DNA of 58,577 bases, counting the filler, from Basidioascus undulatus (taxonomy: Eukaryota), in the NCBI GenBank assembly GCA_000826855.1. It is 3 parts of 3 records of this genome, joined end to end, with 100 filler letters (N's around TTAATTAATTAA, not from the genome) between each part and the next. Parts side by side here need not be neighbours in the genome. Positions count along the whole stretch, not along the records: positions 19,575 to 39,028 come from JTLS01000419.1; positions 39,129 to 58,577 come from JTLS01000420.1; 1 more part is not named here. One strand, written 5' to 3'. Under the pieces are notes generated by a model. It did no database searches. It saw only the letters and a list, made by a program, of their open reading frames with translations, and was not told the origin of the DNA. This document shows positions 25,907 through 41,842 of this stretch, piece by piece. Position 1 is the stretch's first letter. Each line of letters opens with the position of its first letter. The translations under genes were made by a program, and so were the position numbers.

Positions 25907-28900
25907 TCAGAGACGAGCGGTGCTAACGCAGCACATTGCAGGCGTGCTTTGGTTGACCTCCTGGGTGCTTGGCGGCACATCCAGTGCCGGTTTGGCATCG
26001 AAGAAGTTGACGGGCTTGATCTGATTGAGGGGATAATAGGCAGTAAGTTTCAAGGGGTATCTGTAATGCAAAAAGGTAGGCTTACGTTAAGACGAAGCGA
26101 CTCGACCGGCATGATCTGCAGAACCGCAAGTCAGCAAGCTGCGATGGTTTGCAGTCGAAGTCGGAGTGCTTGCTTACGGGCCAGTCCTCGAGACGAGGGT
26201 TATGCGTGAAGCCGAACGAGTGCCTGAGCGATACTTGTGAGTAAGTAGTTCAGGATTCTACTCAAAGGACCCCGGGCTTACCAGATGACAGGCGAGCCGT
26301 CCAAAGCGTCTCCTCTCGCGGCCCAGTCGCGGATACCATGGCCGCAGCGACTCTGGTTGGTAAAGTCCGAGCCGCTGTAGAGCTCGTCATTCGAGTACTT
26401 CGTCACGCTGTGAAAGGCCAACGAGGCATACCAATAGGTCAGTCACCTCCCACCAGTGACAGGAGCGAAGAAAACGTACTAGAGAGCGTGGCGGGCGAAC
26501 TCCGCACGGTAGGCATGCATGGAGTTGGGATGCGCGAGCAAGAGCTGGGTCGCAGCGGGCGTGAACTTGTAAGCGCGGGGCTTGCCGCAGACGGGACTGA
26601 TATCGTTGCGGTTGACAAGCTTGACAATTCGGTTTGTGAAGGTGAGGCGTCGGAGTGGCCAGCACGGTCGATGGGCGTCTCCCGAGTCTCGTACCCGAAG
26701 CAGTGCGGGTTGGACTCGTCCATTGGAAGAGTGTGAGACTCCTCGAGCACGACGGAGGTCGAGCAAAAACCGTCAATCGCCTGAAACGTCGAGATGGAAT
26801 TAGTTGGACTGACACATACTGGTGCGGACTGGTGTGGGAACGTACAGGGTCCAAGCGAACGTTGAAAATGTGCTGGTGTGAAGGTGCAAACACCCCGTCC
26901 GCGACGGTGATGCCGTACTGTCAAAAATGTAGGAGATTGAGCGAAAAAGAGGGTATATTATCCATCTGGAAGAACGTACGCCAGACTTGTGGATGCCGTG
27001 AGTCAGGGGCACTGCAATTGCGATGGATGGATGTTCGTTAGTTATCTGTAAGGAGCAGCTGAAAAGCAGAACCTACCGGTCGACATGATGCCGGTCGCCT
27101 TCACCTCGAAGGCGACTATTCCTTCTTGAGAGAAGTTCCAGTAGAACGCATATTCCTGTTACGATTCTATCGGTCAGACACGTTCAGAAACAAGGGCCAT
27201 TAGCCGTACATAGTTGGCAACAGTGATGATGGTTTGGAGAATGAGCTCCCTGTTGCGGATCAGAGACGCAGCGCCAGTGCGGGGGTTGGTGTCTGCCAAC
27301 AAAAATAAACCAATCTTCTATTAGTATTGATCTTTATCTTCCACATAATGCGACATCCGGCAGCGGTGAGGTGCGTTTGAAGCGATGTAGTTGATCGGCG
27401 AGACTCACGCTTCCAGCCGATACCGATGTCTTGCTCGCTGCGAAGATAGACATGCTATCAGGAAGAGTGCCAAGAGCGTTGAAGTTTGAAGGCTTACTGC
27501 ATGCAAATAGCGTTCGGCATCTTGACGGGCTCACCGGCCTGGTTCGAGATGTAACCATCAAAGTAATGGATAGAGCAAAGGCAATCGCAGCCAAGCTGGA
27601 AGAATCACACATTAGGGTCAGATTTATAACATTAGTTTCGGACACATGCTCACCTGGAGGTTGTTGGCGCACGCGCCAGCACCGTAGTCACCAAGGTCGA
27701 ACGCGTTCTTGCGGTGGTAGGGGTTGCGTGGGTCGCATGTTTCGTTCCGAAGGGAATTAGTTCAGCGAAATACTTTCAGAATAGGAAATAATAAAAACCC
27801 TTACCGTACGGCACACACATCTCGCTCAAGCTGGCGCGGTAGAAGACGTGGCGACCATCGTACTTGATGTTGCGAAGCACCATGCCCTCGCGGTAGTTGA
27901 AATCCAAGATGAAGTCCCACTTTTGCCACCGAACACGGCTGCCTTCAACCTCGGCTATTAACGGTCTGTCAGAAAAATTCACACCGCTTCATGAGGTCTG
28001 GTGACGTACCGTGAAGGACACGCCCTTCGGCTGCACGATTTGAATTGGCTTGTAGTCAGTGCGGAGGGGGAGGTCTAGCAGTTCGGGGGCCTGGAAATTA
28101 ACCAATGTCAGCAAAGAGCGCATCTACCCAAATTTACAAGACAAATTCACATATTGGTTGGCCTTCGCCTTTCCCAGATTGTGTCTTCGGAAGAAGCAGA
28201 GTTGGGGTCAAGCGTCATGCTGTGAATGAAGGATGCGATGAGTTACTCTCTTCCAACATAGACAGGACTTCGAAAGCTTACGGTAGACGATCAATACGAA
28301 CGACTCTCTTCTCCACGTCGTCGATGACGCAAGAGAAGTCCAAAGGCTGTAGAGCGAACGGAAAATGTAACAAGGGTCGACTTGAACGACAAACGAGGAA
28401 TTTGGTCATACCAGCGAGTAGTAGTTGAACTTCGGGTGAGGTTTGCCATAGAAAGAGTTGATGTAGAACCAGCACTGTTACAAGGTATATAATCAGGCTC
28501 TGCGAAAGGGCTCAGGACTGAATGCAGAATGGGCGGATCACATACCTGGAACATGCGCCGGTGGTCGTCCACGCCATCCGAACCATACGGCCACGGGTCG
28601 CAGCAAACAGTCGCGCCATCAGGAAGCTTGAGACGGGTGCTGGGATCAAATGGTGAGTTAATGGTGCGCTGATGGTGCATGCAGCCAATATTTAAGTGCG
28701 TACATCTCGGCCTTCACCCCCTCATCCGCAAGGGCAATCTGCTCGAGGACTTCGATCTCCTCACCCTAGATACAAGTTAAAAAGTGGTATTCAGGAGAGA
28801 TTCAAGGGAAGGCACCGACGTACCTCTCCAGGGGCGTGGAACTCAGCGGGAAGCTGGCGTTGTGAAAGTACTTTCCGCTGCTGACGTCCACAAGCGCTTG

Positions 28901-29237
28901 GTGGAAGGGCGCCTGGCCGTCGTAGTAGAAGTTGGCACTGTAAAAAGAGGGTGATATGAGTTATCCTCCCCAATGCGAATAATAGCGTAAAACGGGCGTA
29001 CAAGCAGATGCGAACGGGGGCAGGAGGCAAGGGCTTGCCGGCTGCCTCAGCGAGCAGAAACGGCACAACCTGCGCCTTGGGCAGCTCCTTGAGCGCAACG
29101 GTCTTAAAGAGGATCGTATTTTCGTTGGTCGAGTTGAACTCTCGGACGAGTCGGCTGGCGAGACTGATCTCGGAAGGGCGAACAGGGTCGAGCGGGTGGG
29201 GAGGAGCAACGGGTTGAGCTTGAGAAGACACCTTCAT
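25907..29237 (-). CDS. Copper-containing (TPQ) amine oxidase, peroxisomal
   Basis: HPLDP, DPWPYG, FNYREGMVL, YRASLSEMCVPYG, AFDLGDYG (active-site Asp), TVANYEY (TPQ consensus), HQH and THNPR.EDWP (Cu ligands). The C-terminus is ...STARL*, a PTS1-type ARL. Confidence 0.95.
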
Positions 29238-29998
29238 CTTTTGGAGGGTGGTGAGAGCTGCTGTGGTCAAATTGAGTGTGGCGAATGGATGGATAAATGT
29301 AACAACATGAGCGGCATGCATTTATACTTCGACGTCAACTAGCCGCGCGGATAGCGAGCGACGCAGTCCTCCTCGATCCTCACTGACGCACATGACGGTC
29401 CCCTTCCGAGCATAAGGCGTATCTGCCTATCCAGGGCCCTGCATTATCTATATAAACAAGGCTTATCTAATCAGGGATTGGAAACTTCTATTAAACGAAG
29501 TATCATCAACGTTATAAACAGTTGCGTCGAGTTACCCGCGCGCGCACGAGACGACCCGCCAACTGCCGCCGCGACTCGCCGCGAACCGACCTATGCCGCC
29601 TATGACTGGCCTCCCAGGCCCCCTCGTATTGAAAAGCTTCAACAATGTTGAACAGGGGTAATACAGCCCGAGTGTAGGTAGCCTCACGTGTTGGCTCTCC
29701 AGCTTTGGCCGTCAGTCATGAAGACATGCAGATCAAAATCGTTGCATTCGGCCTGATCAGCTGTCGAGTTCAGACGATGGCGCCTATCAAGGCACTAATC
29801 CCTCCTTTCTGTGCAAGATAGGCCTCGTAATATCTCGCCCATTGTCATTGTACCGCGATAAGGCATGCACGCTCGGCCTGCGGCAGATAGTCTGATCTGT
29901 CCTTATAGTCGTGCGTCCGTACTTCAACGAAAGGCAGCTCTCTCCCGTTCATCCAAGCTATACGACAGCAGGCGGGCGTAAATACCCCCATCTCTCTG
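29238..29998. promoter_or_regulatory. Shared divergent promoter with clustered GATA (HGATAR) sites
   Basis: TTATCT 29444 and 29463, CTATCA 29784, AGATAG 29816 and 29885, CGATAA 29856, all between the head-to-head amine oxidase and permease starts. Confidence 0.55.
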
Positions 29999-32865
29999 AT
30001 GTCTATCCATTCAAGCAACAAGGACGTCCTTCCAGTCGACTCGGCGGCGGTCCCCAAAGTTGGCTTCCACGTCCACGTCAACCCCGTTGACCACATCTTC
30101 GAAAATGCGACGGACAGGAAAGGTACAAGCTTTGAAGCATAAGTTTTCAATATGGTACGTTGTCTTTGCGGCGGGAGAACTCCATCGAGCAAGGGTGTGC
30201 TGATCGTGTTGGGTGTCGCTGCAGGTTCCTTCTCGCCGTCAGCTTGACGATCATCGCGTGAGTTTCTTTTGAAGCTCGACCAGACCGGAGCACGCTCACC
30301 ATCAAAGAACGCATTCAGTACCTGGCCAGCAATAGCGTCGAGTTCTGCGAGTGCCCTTGCCTCTGGCGGAAGAGTCGCCGCTGTCTACGGGTTTATCCTA
30401 GTACTTCTTTGCGGTTATTGTGTAGCATCAAGCTTAGGGGAGCTTTGCAGCATCTGGCCAACGGTTAGCGTTCTCTCTGGTGACATTGTGGTAGTCCCTT
30501 CCTTTGACTGATTTGCTTGTTGGCGGACGACAGAGCGGTGCACACGTCAGGACCTTCATTTGCTGACACCAGCGCGCTGAGATCTGACATCTATTGGTGC
30601 GGTGTGATAGTATCACTGGGCAGCCATGGTAAGCTACAGGGAGGGGATTATTTAGCAATTAATAAACTCGCTGACGTTTGTTTCTTTCCAGGTCTCGCCC
30701 CCTAAACATTCTGCTCTGATCAGCTGGTTACCGGATGGTTTAGTTTGTTGAGTTCATAAAGCTTTCTCAGGTGACATTGGGGCATTACCTGAGAACACGG
30801 CCTTCTTTCTATTCAGGCGGGGCAAATCGCTTTCACCGCTAGCGTAGGTGACGTACCGCGGAGATTGCGACGGTTGCTTCGAGTGGTAGTATGCCGCTAG
30901 GCACGTACTTCCACAGGCCGCTTTCGCAGCAGGTATCGAGGTCCTCTTTACTCAATGACAAGAACAACCGTCACTGAAAAGTGCATCGCTCATATTTACC
31001 AGCTCAACTTACCTTCTCCCGCGTCCTGATCTTCCACACATTCGATTACCAGCGCTATCAGGTGTTCCTGGTTCGTCAGTAAGTCTTCGTTTCAATGGAG
31101 TAGTTGCTGAGTGTGTCAGCGGTTTGCAGGTCGAGTCCTAATTCTCACCATATCCATGTTGATTAGCGTACGTTGTCGAATTCCCTACTCAAGTTCGAAT
31201 AGACTTCATGCTAAGCGGCGTTGTGGTGGACAGCTGTTCGGGTCTCGCTCAATGCCGACCAACAACTTCCTCGGGCGTACGACTTTTTCTTTCATTTGGG
31301 CCTCCAGGGGAGGTCCTGACACGGTAGACACAGTCTGGCTGCTGCTCCTTGGAGTTGTTGTTACCATCGTTGCTTTGCTCGCTATGACTCATCCCAAGGC
31401 GAGCTCGACGTTCGTCTTTGCCGAGTTCACGAACGAAACTGCGTAAGACGGACGCGCTATAAACCGTTTTTGGATCTTGATTCAGACGATCTTTTTTTTA
31501 AAAAGCTGGTCGAGCGACGGATTTGCGTGGCTCCTTGGTCTTTTGACCATGTCCTATGCATTGACCGGGGGTTCGACGGCGCTGCCCATGTACGCTCTAC
31601 CCAGCTTTCGTACGACGCTTTGTTACGCTTACAAGCGCTTGAACTGACTAATGCCCCTTTCTCAGGTGGCTGAGGAGGTCAGAGTGGCTATTTCCCTCTT
31701 CAGCTGTGAAGAGCTTCTGACCGTGAAGTTGACATAGATGCACAAAGCTTCCGTGGATGCCCCTCGCGCCATGGTCCTTTCTGTCTACACGGCCTTCATC
31801 ACCGGTTTCCCCTTCTTGATCTCTCTTCTATCCTGCATCAGTAAGTTGCGTGTGCGTTGGCAAGTCTCTGGAACAGCCTTTGACGTGCTTCCCGAAGATC
31901 GCAGATGATCTTCCCGGGGCTCTGGGCACATCCCTCGGGTGAGCCTCGAAATAAATTGTGACACTTTCGCATCTGAGTTAGCACTTTCCCAGACTGCCTA
32001 TCGTTCAGGTCTACCTAGATGCAACGAACCCCCATGGTGCGGTTGGGCTTACCTCGATACTAATCAGTGAGCCCCACTTCCCTCTCAAGCACATTTTCCG
32101 TTCGACTGACCGTGAGGCGGTATGACAGTCACCACCGTCTTTGCGGTCATCCCGTCCACTCTTCCAACTCTCGCACTGTTTGGGCCGCTGCAAGGGACCG
32201 CCTCTTGCCCGCCGTGTTTACGAAGGTCAACAAGAAGCTCGACGTGCCCGTGAACGCCTTGTTCGGCTGCTGGTTGTGCCAATGCCTGTTAGGAATTATC
32301 CACATTGACTCAATCAGTGGTAAGTTTTTTTAACCTCTATCAAAAGCTCATAACTAATACACTCCCTGCTCCAGCTTTCCAAGCGATTCTGTCAATCGAC
32401 GTTATCAGCCTGAACCTCTCCTACCTTCTTCTAATCCTCTGTGTGGTCCTTCGCGGCAGAGACTGCTTGCCCTCAAGAGATTGGGGGTTCACTCGATTCG
32501 GATACATACCAAATTGGTGGGCACCTCCGAACATATTGTTTCGCGCGGCGCTGACCCAAACTGCGTCTTTTCAGTGTCGCCGTTTGTTACTGCGCCTTGA
32601 TCTCGATTCTTTTCGTTTTCCCTCCATCGATGCCTGTGCAAGGTGTGACAATGAGTAGGTTGATTTTCGGTTTATATGTACACATGGCACTAATAGTTTC
32701 TCTTCAATAGACTACGCTTCTCCGGTTCTGTTCCTCGTCCTCCTGGCGGCAAAGCTGTATTGGTTAATCTCCGGACGCAAACACTACTGTGGATTGTTCT
32801 CATTCGTCACATGGGATTGAAGCCGTTGATTAAACCCGTTCTACTCAGCTGGCCCGGTGATCTAG
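29999..32865 (+). CDS. APC-superfamily amino-acid/amine permease (choline/GABA permease-like)
   Basis: SLGELCSIWPT, FVFAEFTNET, WSSDGFAWLLGLL..SYALTGGFDGAAHVAEE, APRAMV, SRTVWAAARDRLLP, VPVNAL, MNYAS, GPVI. Apparent 1-nt frameshift near 30727. The exact 3' end (32865 or about 32907) is uncertain. Confidence 0.85.
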
Positions 32866-33327
32866 CTCGAGGAGTCCGCTATCCAGGCCGCCGTTTCGAA
32901 CACTTAGTCTTACCGCAACTTTCGGTAGAAGGGCGCTGCTTCTAGCGGGAGCGTGACCAGCGCCTAAGCTGAGCTCCTTTCATTTGACTCGAAAAGTATT
33001 TTGCTATGTTCCAATCCTTGATGCCGTCGTTTGATCGCTTCCCCTCTATCCGTGTCCTCGCAAGCCCACATTGATAGTCTACGCGAGATGAGCCTGTCAC
33101 TGCCGACTGCTTCCAGTACTTATCCAGCCGGAGATTGCTCGTGTGGCGCCCAAACAAAGCTTCAAGAGTTTCAATATGTGCGATGCTCAGAGGACTAGGC
33201 AGAAGAGCTGTGCCGCTAAACCAACCACGTAATAAAAATAAGCAACGTTTCGACACCAAGACATTGTTGCAGATCGCGGAGACAAGAGACTGGGAGAACC
33301 CACATTTACAGGTCGCGCAGAAGCGCA

Positions 33328-35195
33328 TCATATGGTCTCAATCACCTCCCTCACGCACTGGGCCACATTCACCGCCCTCGCTCCCACCCTGTCCGCCGGC
33401 CCCAACTGCCTCCCCAGCCCGCCAAGCACGCCCTCCCTCTTCCCTCTTCCCCACAGCCGATGTCGTACAACACCCTCGAGGACGATCCGCACATGCGCCG
33501 GCACGATGGTCTCGTCCCCGCTGAGCGCCGCCGCGGCGCGCACGAGGTCCTCGAAGTCGCGCAGCGCGCGCGCGGTCAGGTGCGCCTCGAGCTCCGGGTG
33601 GTGCCGCAGCGCGGTGAGCAGGTCGTTCATCATCCGCAGGACGTCGGGCGAGATGTACGTGTGCGCGCGCGCGTGGTGCGTGAGCGTGATGAAGGTTGAG
33701 GGGTGGATGTGCGCTGCGCGCGGGAGGTGGTGGATCGGCTGCTGGGGAAGGGACGAGCGACCGCGGGTTCGGGAGGGGAGACGGGGTTGCCGAAGCGAGG
33801 AAGGGAGGCTGAGAGCAAGAGCGAAGTAGTCGATCTGAGAAGAAAGGGGATGTGTTAGCGTTGTTGAGGGAAAGAGTGGCAAGACTACGTACCAGACTGC
33901 GCAAGACATCCGGCTCATTCTTCTCCCTGACCCATACCAGCATGAAGCGCCTCGGCAGATTCCACACGCCGCTTTTAACCTCATTATCGGCTGCAGCAGC
34001 GGCCGCCCACCTTTTCGGCCTGAGACCTACTAACGCCTCCTCTTCCTCCTCCTCCTCGATCACCACGCGTCGAGACCTCAAGATCTCCAGCAGCGCCTGC
34101 AAGACGCTCCGCTTTGCGCGTCCAAGTCCGCTCACGATGAGCGCCTGAGGCAGGTACGGAACCTTTGCCCACTCGCCGACGTCGTCCGGATCGAGAGCCG
34201 GGCCATCGTCCGACGGGAAGAGCGACATCTGCTCCATGACCGCGCGCGTCGAAGCGGCCTCGGAGGCCGTCTGCTCGTGGCAGGCACTCACGGGTCGAGC
34301 ACGGCCGGGCGCCCAACGGGTTCGCGCAGTATAAGGCTGCTCAAGCTGGGGAGGTGCCGATCGGAGCGGCTGGAGCTCGATGCCGTCCGCATCGGAATTG
34401 GAGTCAGAGCCGGAGAGCGACGATGGCGACTCTGTCAAACGAGTTCGTCCGAGCAGAGGCTGTGCAGCGTCGGGAGAGGTGGGAGAGAAGGGGTCGAGCG
34501 CGGTGGTGGTTGTTGTAGGATCGGTTTCGGTTGTCGATACGCTCGATTGGGGAAGAGGGATACTCTGGCGGAGGGGACTCGGTCGCGGCCGTGCCTCTGC
34601 GGGCGGATCTAGCGGAGGCTGTCCCAAGCGCGCGGAATGGCGGCAAGAGTTCAGGCTGGATGGTCGCGTAGACGAAGGAGAGGGTGCGCGGTTCGATGTG
34701 GGTGGAACGAAAAGCGCGGTGAGAAATTGGGTGCCCGAGGTGCGCGAGGACAGGGGCACATGGTGAGAGTGAAGGCCGAGCAGCCCGGAGGTGATCTGAT
34801 ATTGTGAGCGCGATCGACAGCAATGATCAGGTGTTGCGAGGTTTATGATCGAAATTTAGATTGTTCGAAAGTCAATCGAGGTCGTAGAGAAGAGTCAGAA
34901 GGACAGAGGGGCGAGTGCACAGAGTCTGGTGTAAGCTTCCCGTGGCGATCGCTTGCACAAACGATCGCAGACCGACCTCTGCGACGTTTCTCACGCGCTC
35001 ATCGACTTCTCCGGAAGCTACGTCGACGATGATGTTGCTATTGGCGACAGCGGCGGCGGCAATGCTCGCGAACAGGTCGGTGTCCAGCTGCGGCTGCACC
35101 GTGTCCCGCAGCGCGGCGTACGTCGAGGAAAGGAAGTCGGGCGCTCCTGGAGGTGGAAGACGCTTTATGTGTGTAGGTGGTGCTACAGGCTCCAT
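33328..35195 (-). CDS. Hypothetical protein, degenerate AAA+/Mg-chelatase-lid-like (MTC2-like)
   Basis: Long exons with LPQALIVSGL..A...VLQALLEILRSRRV and YISPDV....DLLTALRHHP....LTARA..DF...AHVRIVLEGVVRHRL, reminiscent of ChlI/MCM AAA lid helices. Confidence 0.55.
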
Positions 35196-35708
35196 GGGGA
35201 CGCGGGAGGAACAACAATGTGGAACGTGGTCAAGCAGCGGTCAACGACGTCGGAACATACGACTCCGGCACCTAACCCAAGGCAGGCTTCGCCATGTTCA
35301 CCATCGCACCTCTAAAACTTCATACCAAGCCCGAATTTTTGAGAAAGAGAGAACGCAGTATCATTGTGCTATGTTGCAGGCGGCTGATGAGCATGCTGCG
35401 CCAGAGCGGAGCTTGGCCTTCACTGCGGCTGTTGCGACAGCGGGCTGACGGGATCGACTCGTATGAGAGCACACTTTGTCTGCACTGCGTGTGTATACAG
35501 CCCGTGGGTAATCGTTGTAGAAGCGAGGCGCAGCATTCCGGCAAGCACAGCGCAACCACATAGCAAGCACGTCTATGTTCTCCATCAGCATCCCACCTGG
35601 GAGCCGAGTGATCAAATGCAAAGTATCAGAGACAAGCGGAAGGGATCTACAAGAACAAGGTATAAAAAATCGAGCGATTGGCTCTAGTGCGGAATTGTGC
35701 GTCGTCGT

Positions 35709-38080
<2,372 letters not shown>

Positions 38081-39028
38081 TTTTCTAGGAGAACAAGGGG
38101 GGAGTCCCGGCGAAATCAAGGGAGGGTGGGGGTGAGAACGAAAAGAAGGTGTGGTCGCCGGGTTGTACGACGTTCGACGATGGGGAGAGGCCAGGCAAGT
38201 GCGAGGGGGAAAAGGAAGACGCAGCGGCTGGCGGGCGGGAAGTTGCGGGGAAAGCTGAGCAAGCCCCAATTAGCGATTGCGACATCGCTCATAGCTGCTC
38301 CCGTTCTCGGCGCCAGTCTGAAGCGTTATAAACCGAACCACTACCGAACCTGACGCAAAATATCCTCTCCTTTGCATGTGCCTGATACTTTCTGGGCGGC
38401 GACAGTGGGAACACTCGCTGAGTCTCGCTGCGAGTACACCGTGCAGCTTGGCAGCAAATGCAACACCGGATTGGCCTTGATTGGACGCGCCGACGACGCG
38501 TTACACGACTTGATGCACATGAAAGTCCTCGACTTTAATTCGATTCGCGCTGAGCAATACACTGTTGTTACAAATCCTCCTCAGGCATGCCTGCGGAACA
38601 ATCATTTCTTTACCTACATCCTCAGAAGATCGTTTTAAAGCTTCCGCTTTCAGATCCTCGACCACGCGACGCTGTGCACCGAGAGCTATTCAATGCAGTC
38701 CTTGGCACGTCTCGCAGCCTCACTCTTGGCCTGATGGGGACATTGAGGCACCGAAAGACCCCAGTGAAATGGAGAAGGCTCGAGAGTTACTGTATTCTCT
38801 GTGCTGGCCTTACTATCGCAGTTCAGACCCCGCCGAGGATCTTTGCGCCGGGTAGGCTGCCATCTTGTGTTCTACCACTGCTGGCTCAACTGCTACTCTC
38901 TACAAAGAGAAGCCCATAGGTTTGAATGCTCGGCTCGAATTCCTTATAACCAGTTTGCTATTCTCTCCCCCCCCCATGCACTCTCCTAGAATCAAATGCT
39001 GATAAGAGGTGCACATCCTGGACAGGCG

Positions 39029-39128
39029 NNNNNNNNNNNNNNNNNNNNNNNNNNNNNNNNNNNNNNNNNNNNTTAATTAATTAANNNNNNNNNNNNNNNN
39101 NNNNNNNNNNNNNNNNNNNNNNNNNNNN
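39029..39128. other. Assembly gap with artificial TTAATTAATTAA linker
   Basis: 44 N + TTAATTAATTAA (39073-39084) + 44 N. Confidence 0.98.
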
Positions 39129-40093
39129 CGCGGGCCTGGGAAGGGGGAGGGGGAGAGGTGATGATGATGATGATGATGGCTGGATGAGCATGAGCATACA
39201 TTACGTTACCCATGAGCTGTATAATTAATACTCTCCGCATATTGTTTTAACATGATCTCGTGTTTGGTTTTCTGTGCTGCATACGTGAGTGAGACGCTTC
39301 GCAACTGTCCGCCGCCGCCGCTCGCTGGCTCCCTGTGGCTGCATGCACACTAACGTGACGTCTAGCCGTCTAGCCCTCTTCATTGGATCACTCCTGTCAC
39401 TGAGCATTCCATGCTTTACAACACCCACCTCCAAAGGCGTAGGTCTCAAACAGCCCTATCCCGTCCGACGTGGAGTAGTCGGCACTCTGCCCGCCCCCCG
39501 CGGATTCGGCTCTTGCGGTCGAAGAAAGCTGCGAGATTTGTCCGGTCGCAACCCGGCTCTCGAGTTAACCTTCTTGTATTACGCAAACTTATGCAAAGCA
39601 TCAAAAGGACATTGCCCACAAGACAGCAAAGGACCTCCATTGTTGGTCTGCTGAAGGTTCTTCTGCAAGCAAACGATAGGCTCTCGTTTATTTCAGCTTG
39701 GGGCTTTCTGAGCATTCCGACATGCACAGCTTTATCATGTAAACGAGAAGTTATTGTGAGGAACCCAGCAAGGACGAGGTAGACCGTAGCAGGGACTACC
39801 CGCAGCTGAGATTATCGAACAAGAGTTAATGTCAAGGGTAAGGAACTACGCAAGTAGTGAGAAGGTAGGGTCAAGGACAGATGGAGAAGACAAGACCGGA
39901 TGTGGAGCTGAGGACGAGTTACACGAGGGCAAGATAAAGGCAAGGGCGAACAAAGGAAAGAAGACAGAGAAGAATGGCTGCCTAGATAACAAGTGGTGTG
40001 GACAAAGAAGGGAAGACCGAAGAGGGGACAACAAAGGCAACGGACACAGAATATACGAACATAGGAGGAGGGAGGAGCGTGTGTCCGTTCCGG

Positions 40094-40133
40094 ACCATAA
40101 CCATGACCGTGACCGCAACCGTGACCGTGACCG
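40094..40133. repeat. Degenerate hexamer tandem repeat (ACCGTG/ACCATG)n
   Basis: accataaccatgaccgtgaccgcaaccgtgaccgtgaccg. Confidence 0.7.
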
Positions 40134-41842
40134 AGCCTTGTAGGTTCTGAAAGATGTGCAGTGAATGCCATGCTCGTGGAAGAAAGCTCGCTATAAGTAC
40201 GGCAGTAGGACGTCGCAGGCGCTAAGTGGAAGGGCATTGCACTGACAGGGGAACAGCGGTTTGTTTCGATATTTACTCCATGTTCTCCTTTGGCACTGTC
40301 CAACTGTGGTAGGTGCTAATACTTCTGCTATATACTGCACCTCTTGCTGTCATAGTGGTGATCTACAGCGTTGCATGGACGCTCTCTGTCCGCTTCCCTG
40401 CCTGGATACTGCAGAGCAGCACACCATGCAAGTTCCTGCGGTTCCTGCCACGGTGCCAATTACACATGGGCTTTGTGCGCCCAATTGTCTTCCAGGACAT
40501 ATGCGGACAGCCGCAGGCCGGCAACCAGAAAACTGGGGAAATCAAACTGCACGCTTCCGCGAGGTCAAGCGGAACTTCGTTCGGAAGGTGGCTCCGTCTG
40601 TCCTCGCTTCTTTCCCGTTGCAATGGTTTACGGTTTTTTACGCACACTCAAAGGTACGGCGAGAGCACTGGTCATGACGTTATGAAGTGGGCACGTTGTG
40701 GCAATGAGCAGCTTCCCGAGGGCCTGGCGAGTGATAGTGTGCTCAATACAGTACGCACCGCTGATTGCTTAGCATAACCGTACATAGCCTGGCCCGGCTG
40801 GTTGCTGGAGCTGCTTCAGAGAACTGAAATTTCCTTGTTGGTCCCGCCTGCCCAGTTTGTCAGGACTCGCCATGCCATACAGACACCAAAGGCTCAGTCG
40901 TTTGCCCCCCTCGGAGACCCATGCCCATACTCTCCTCCCAACTTGCAATGTGATCCGGTAAGCACTGCCTTCCAACGCAGTCCTTCACACAGATGCTGAC
41001 CTGTCTTTGTGCCTTTGTTGATGTGCATGCCAACTAATGCTTACGCAAATTCTCATCTTCAGCAGGGAGGCTTGCATTCTGTTACGCCTCACAGAGTAAG
41101 GAAAGAAAGTCATGTACGCACATTTGCACCCGAGGAACTATACAACGTACCGCCCCGGTTGAACGGGCGCACGGGCTGTCGTCACGTCCTCAAGCTGCAT
41201 TGTCACTGTAGGCAGAGTGTGTGCAGCCTGGCTCTGGCGTGTCCTTCCTGGCAGCCAGTCGGGGACCCTGCACAGGACTACGAATTCCATTGTGTTCCGA
41301 GTGTATCCGCAGCCTGCGTTTTTTCTGAGGCAAGAAGGCCCTTACAGGGCTCGTACATTTTTCGACTAGATAGCTACGCACTATCCTTGCAATGATAGCC
41401 ATACTTGCAAAAGGTCGAATATTGCCGCACACCATGTCTTCGTGATGAAGTCGCACAACTACTTGACCCGCCTGGCGTCCTCCGGCGTCCGACTTGCCGC
41501 ATACGACTACGCTTCCCCTCTGGACTGAGAGTTACTTTGCGCGCGCTATGTCGAGCGATCACATCTGGCTCTCATACTCGGCACGTTGTCGGCGTGCTCG
41601 TCACCACCGATGTGCCAGCGGACTCGGCACGCTCGAGCGAGGCCGTCGAACGCGAGTTCCACATACGGGTCGACGAACCAAGCTAACGCGTCCTTGCGAG
41701 GTCTACATTATGTGATCGTCTAAATATAATGTTCTAAATGTAATGTGTACGGAGCGAAATGATCCACGTCTAGCTCGGGGGACTCGTTTCGAGGGGCCAT
41801 CTCACTCCCTCCGCGGCCACCCATCCGCTATCGCCTTTTTTT

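Noticed and set aside
39810..40140. Purine-skewed tract resembling a solo LTR
   Set aside because: No clear TG...CA boundaries, target-site duplication or second copy could be seen.
41009..41460. Kinase-like words (FAPEEL on plus, LHHEDMVCGNIRP on minus)
   Set aside because: They are on opposite strands, and no other kinase subdomains are present.
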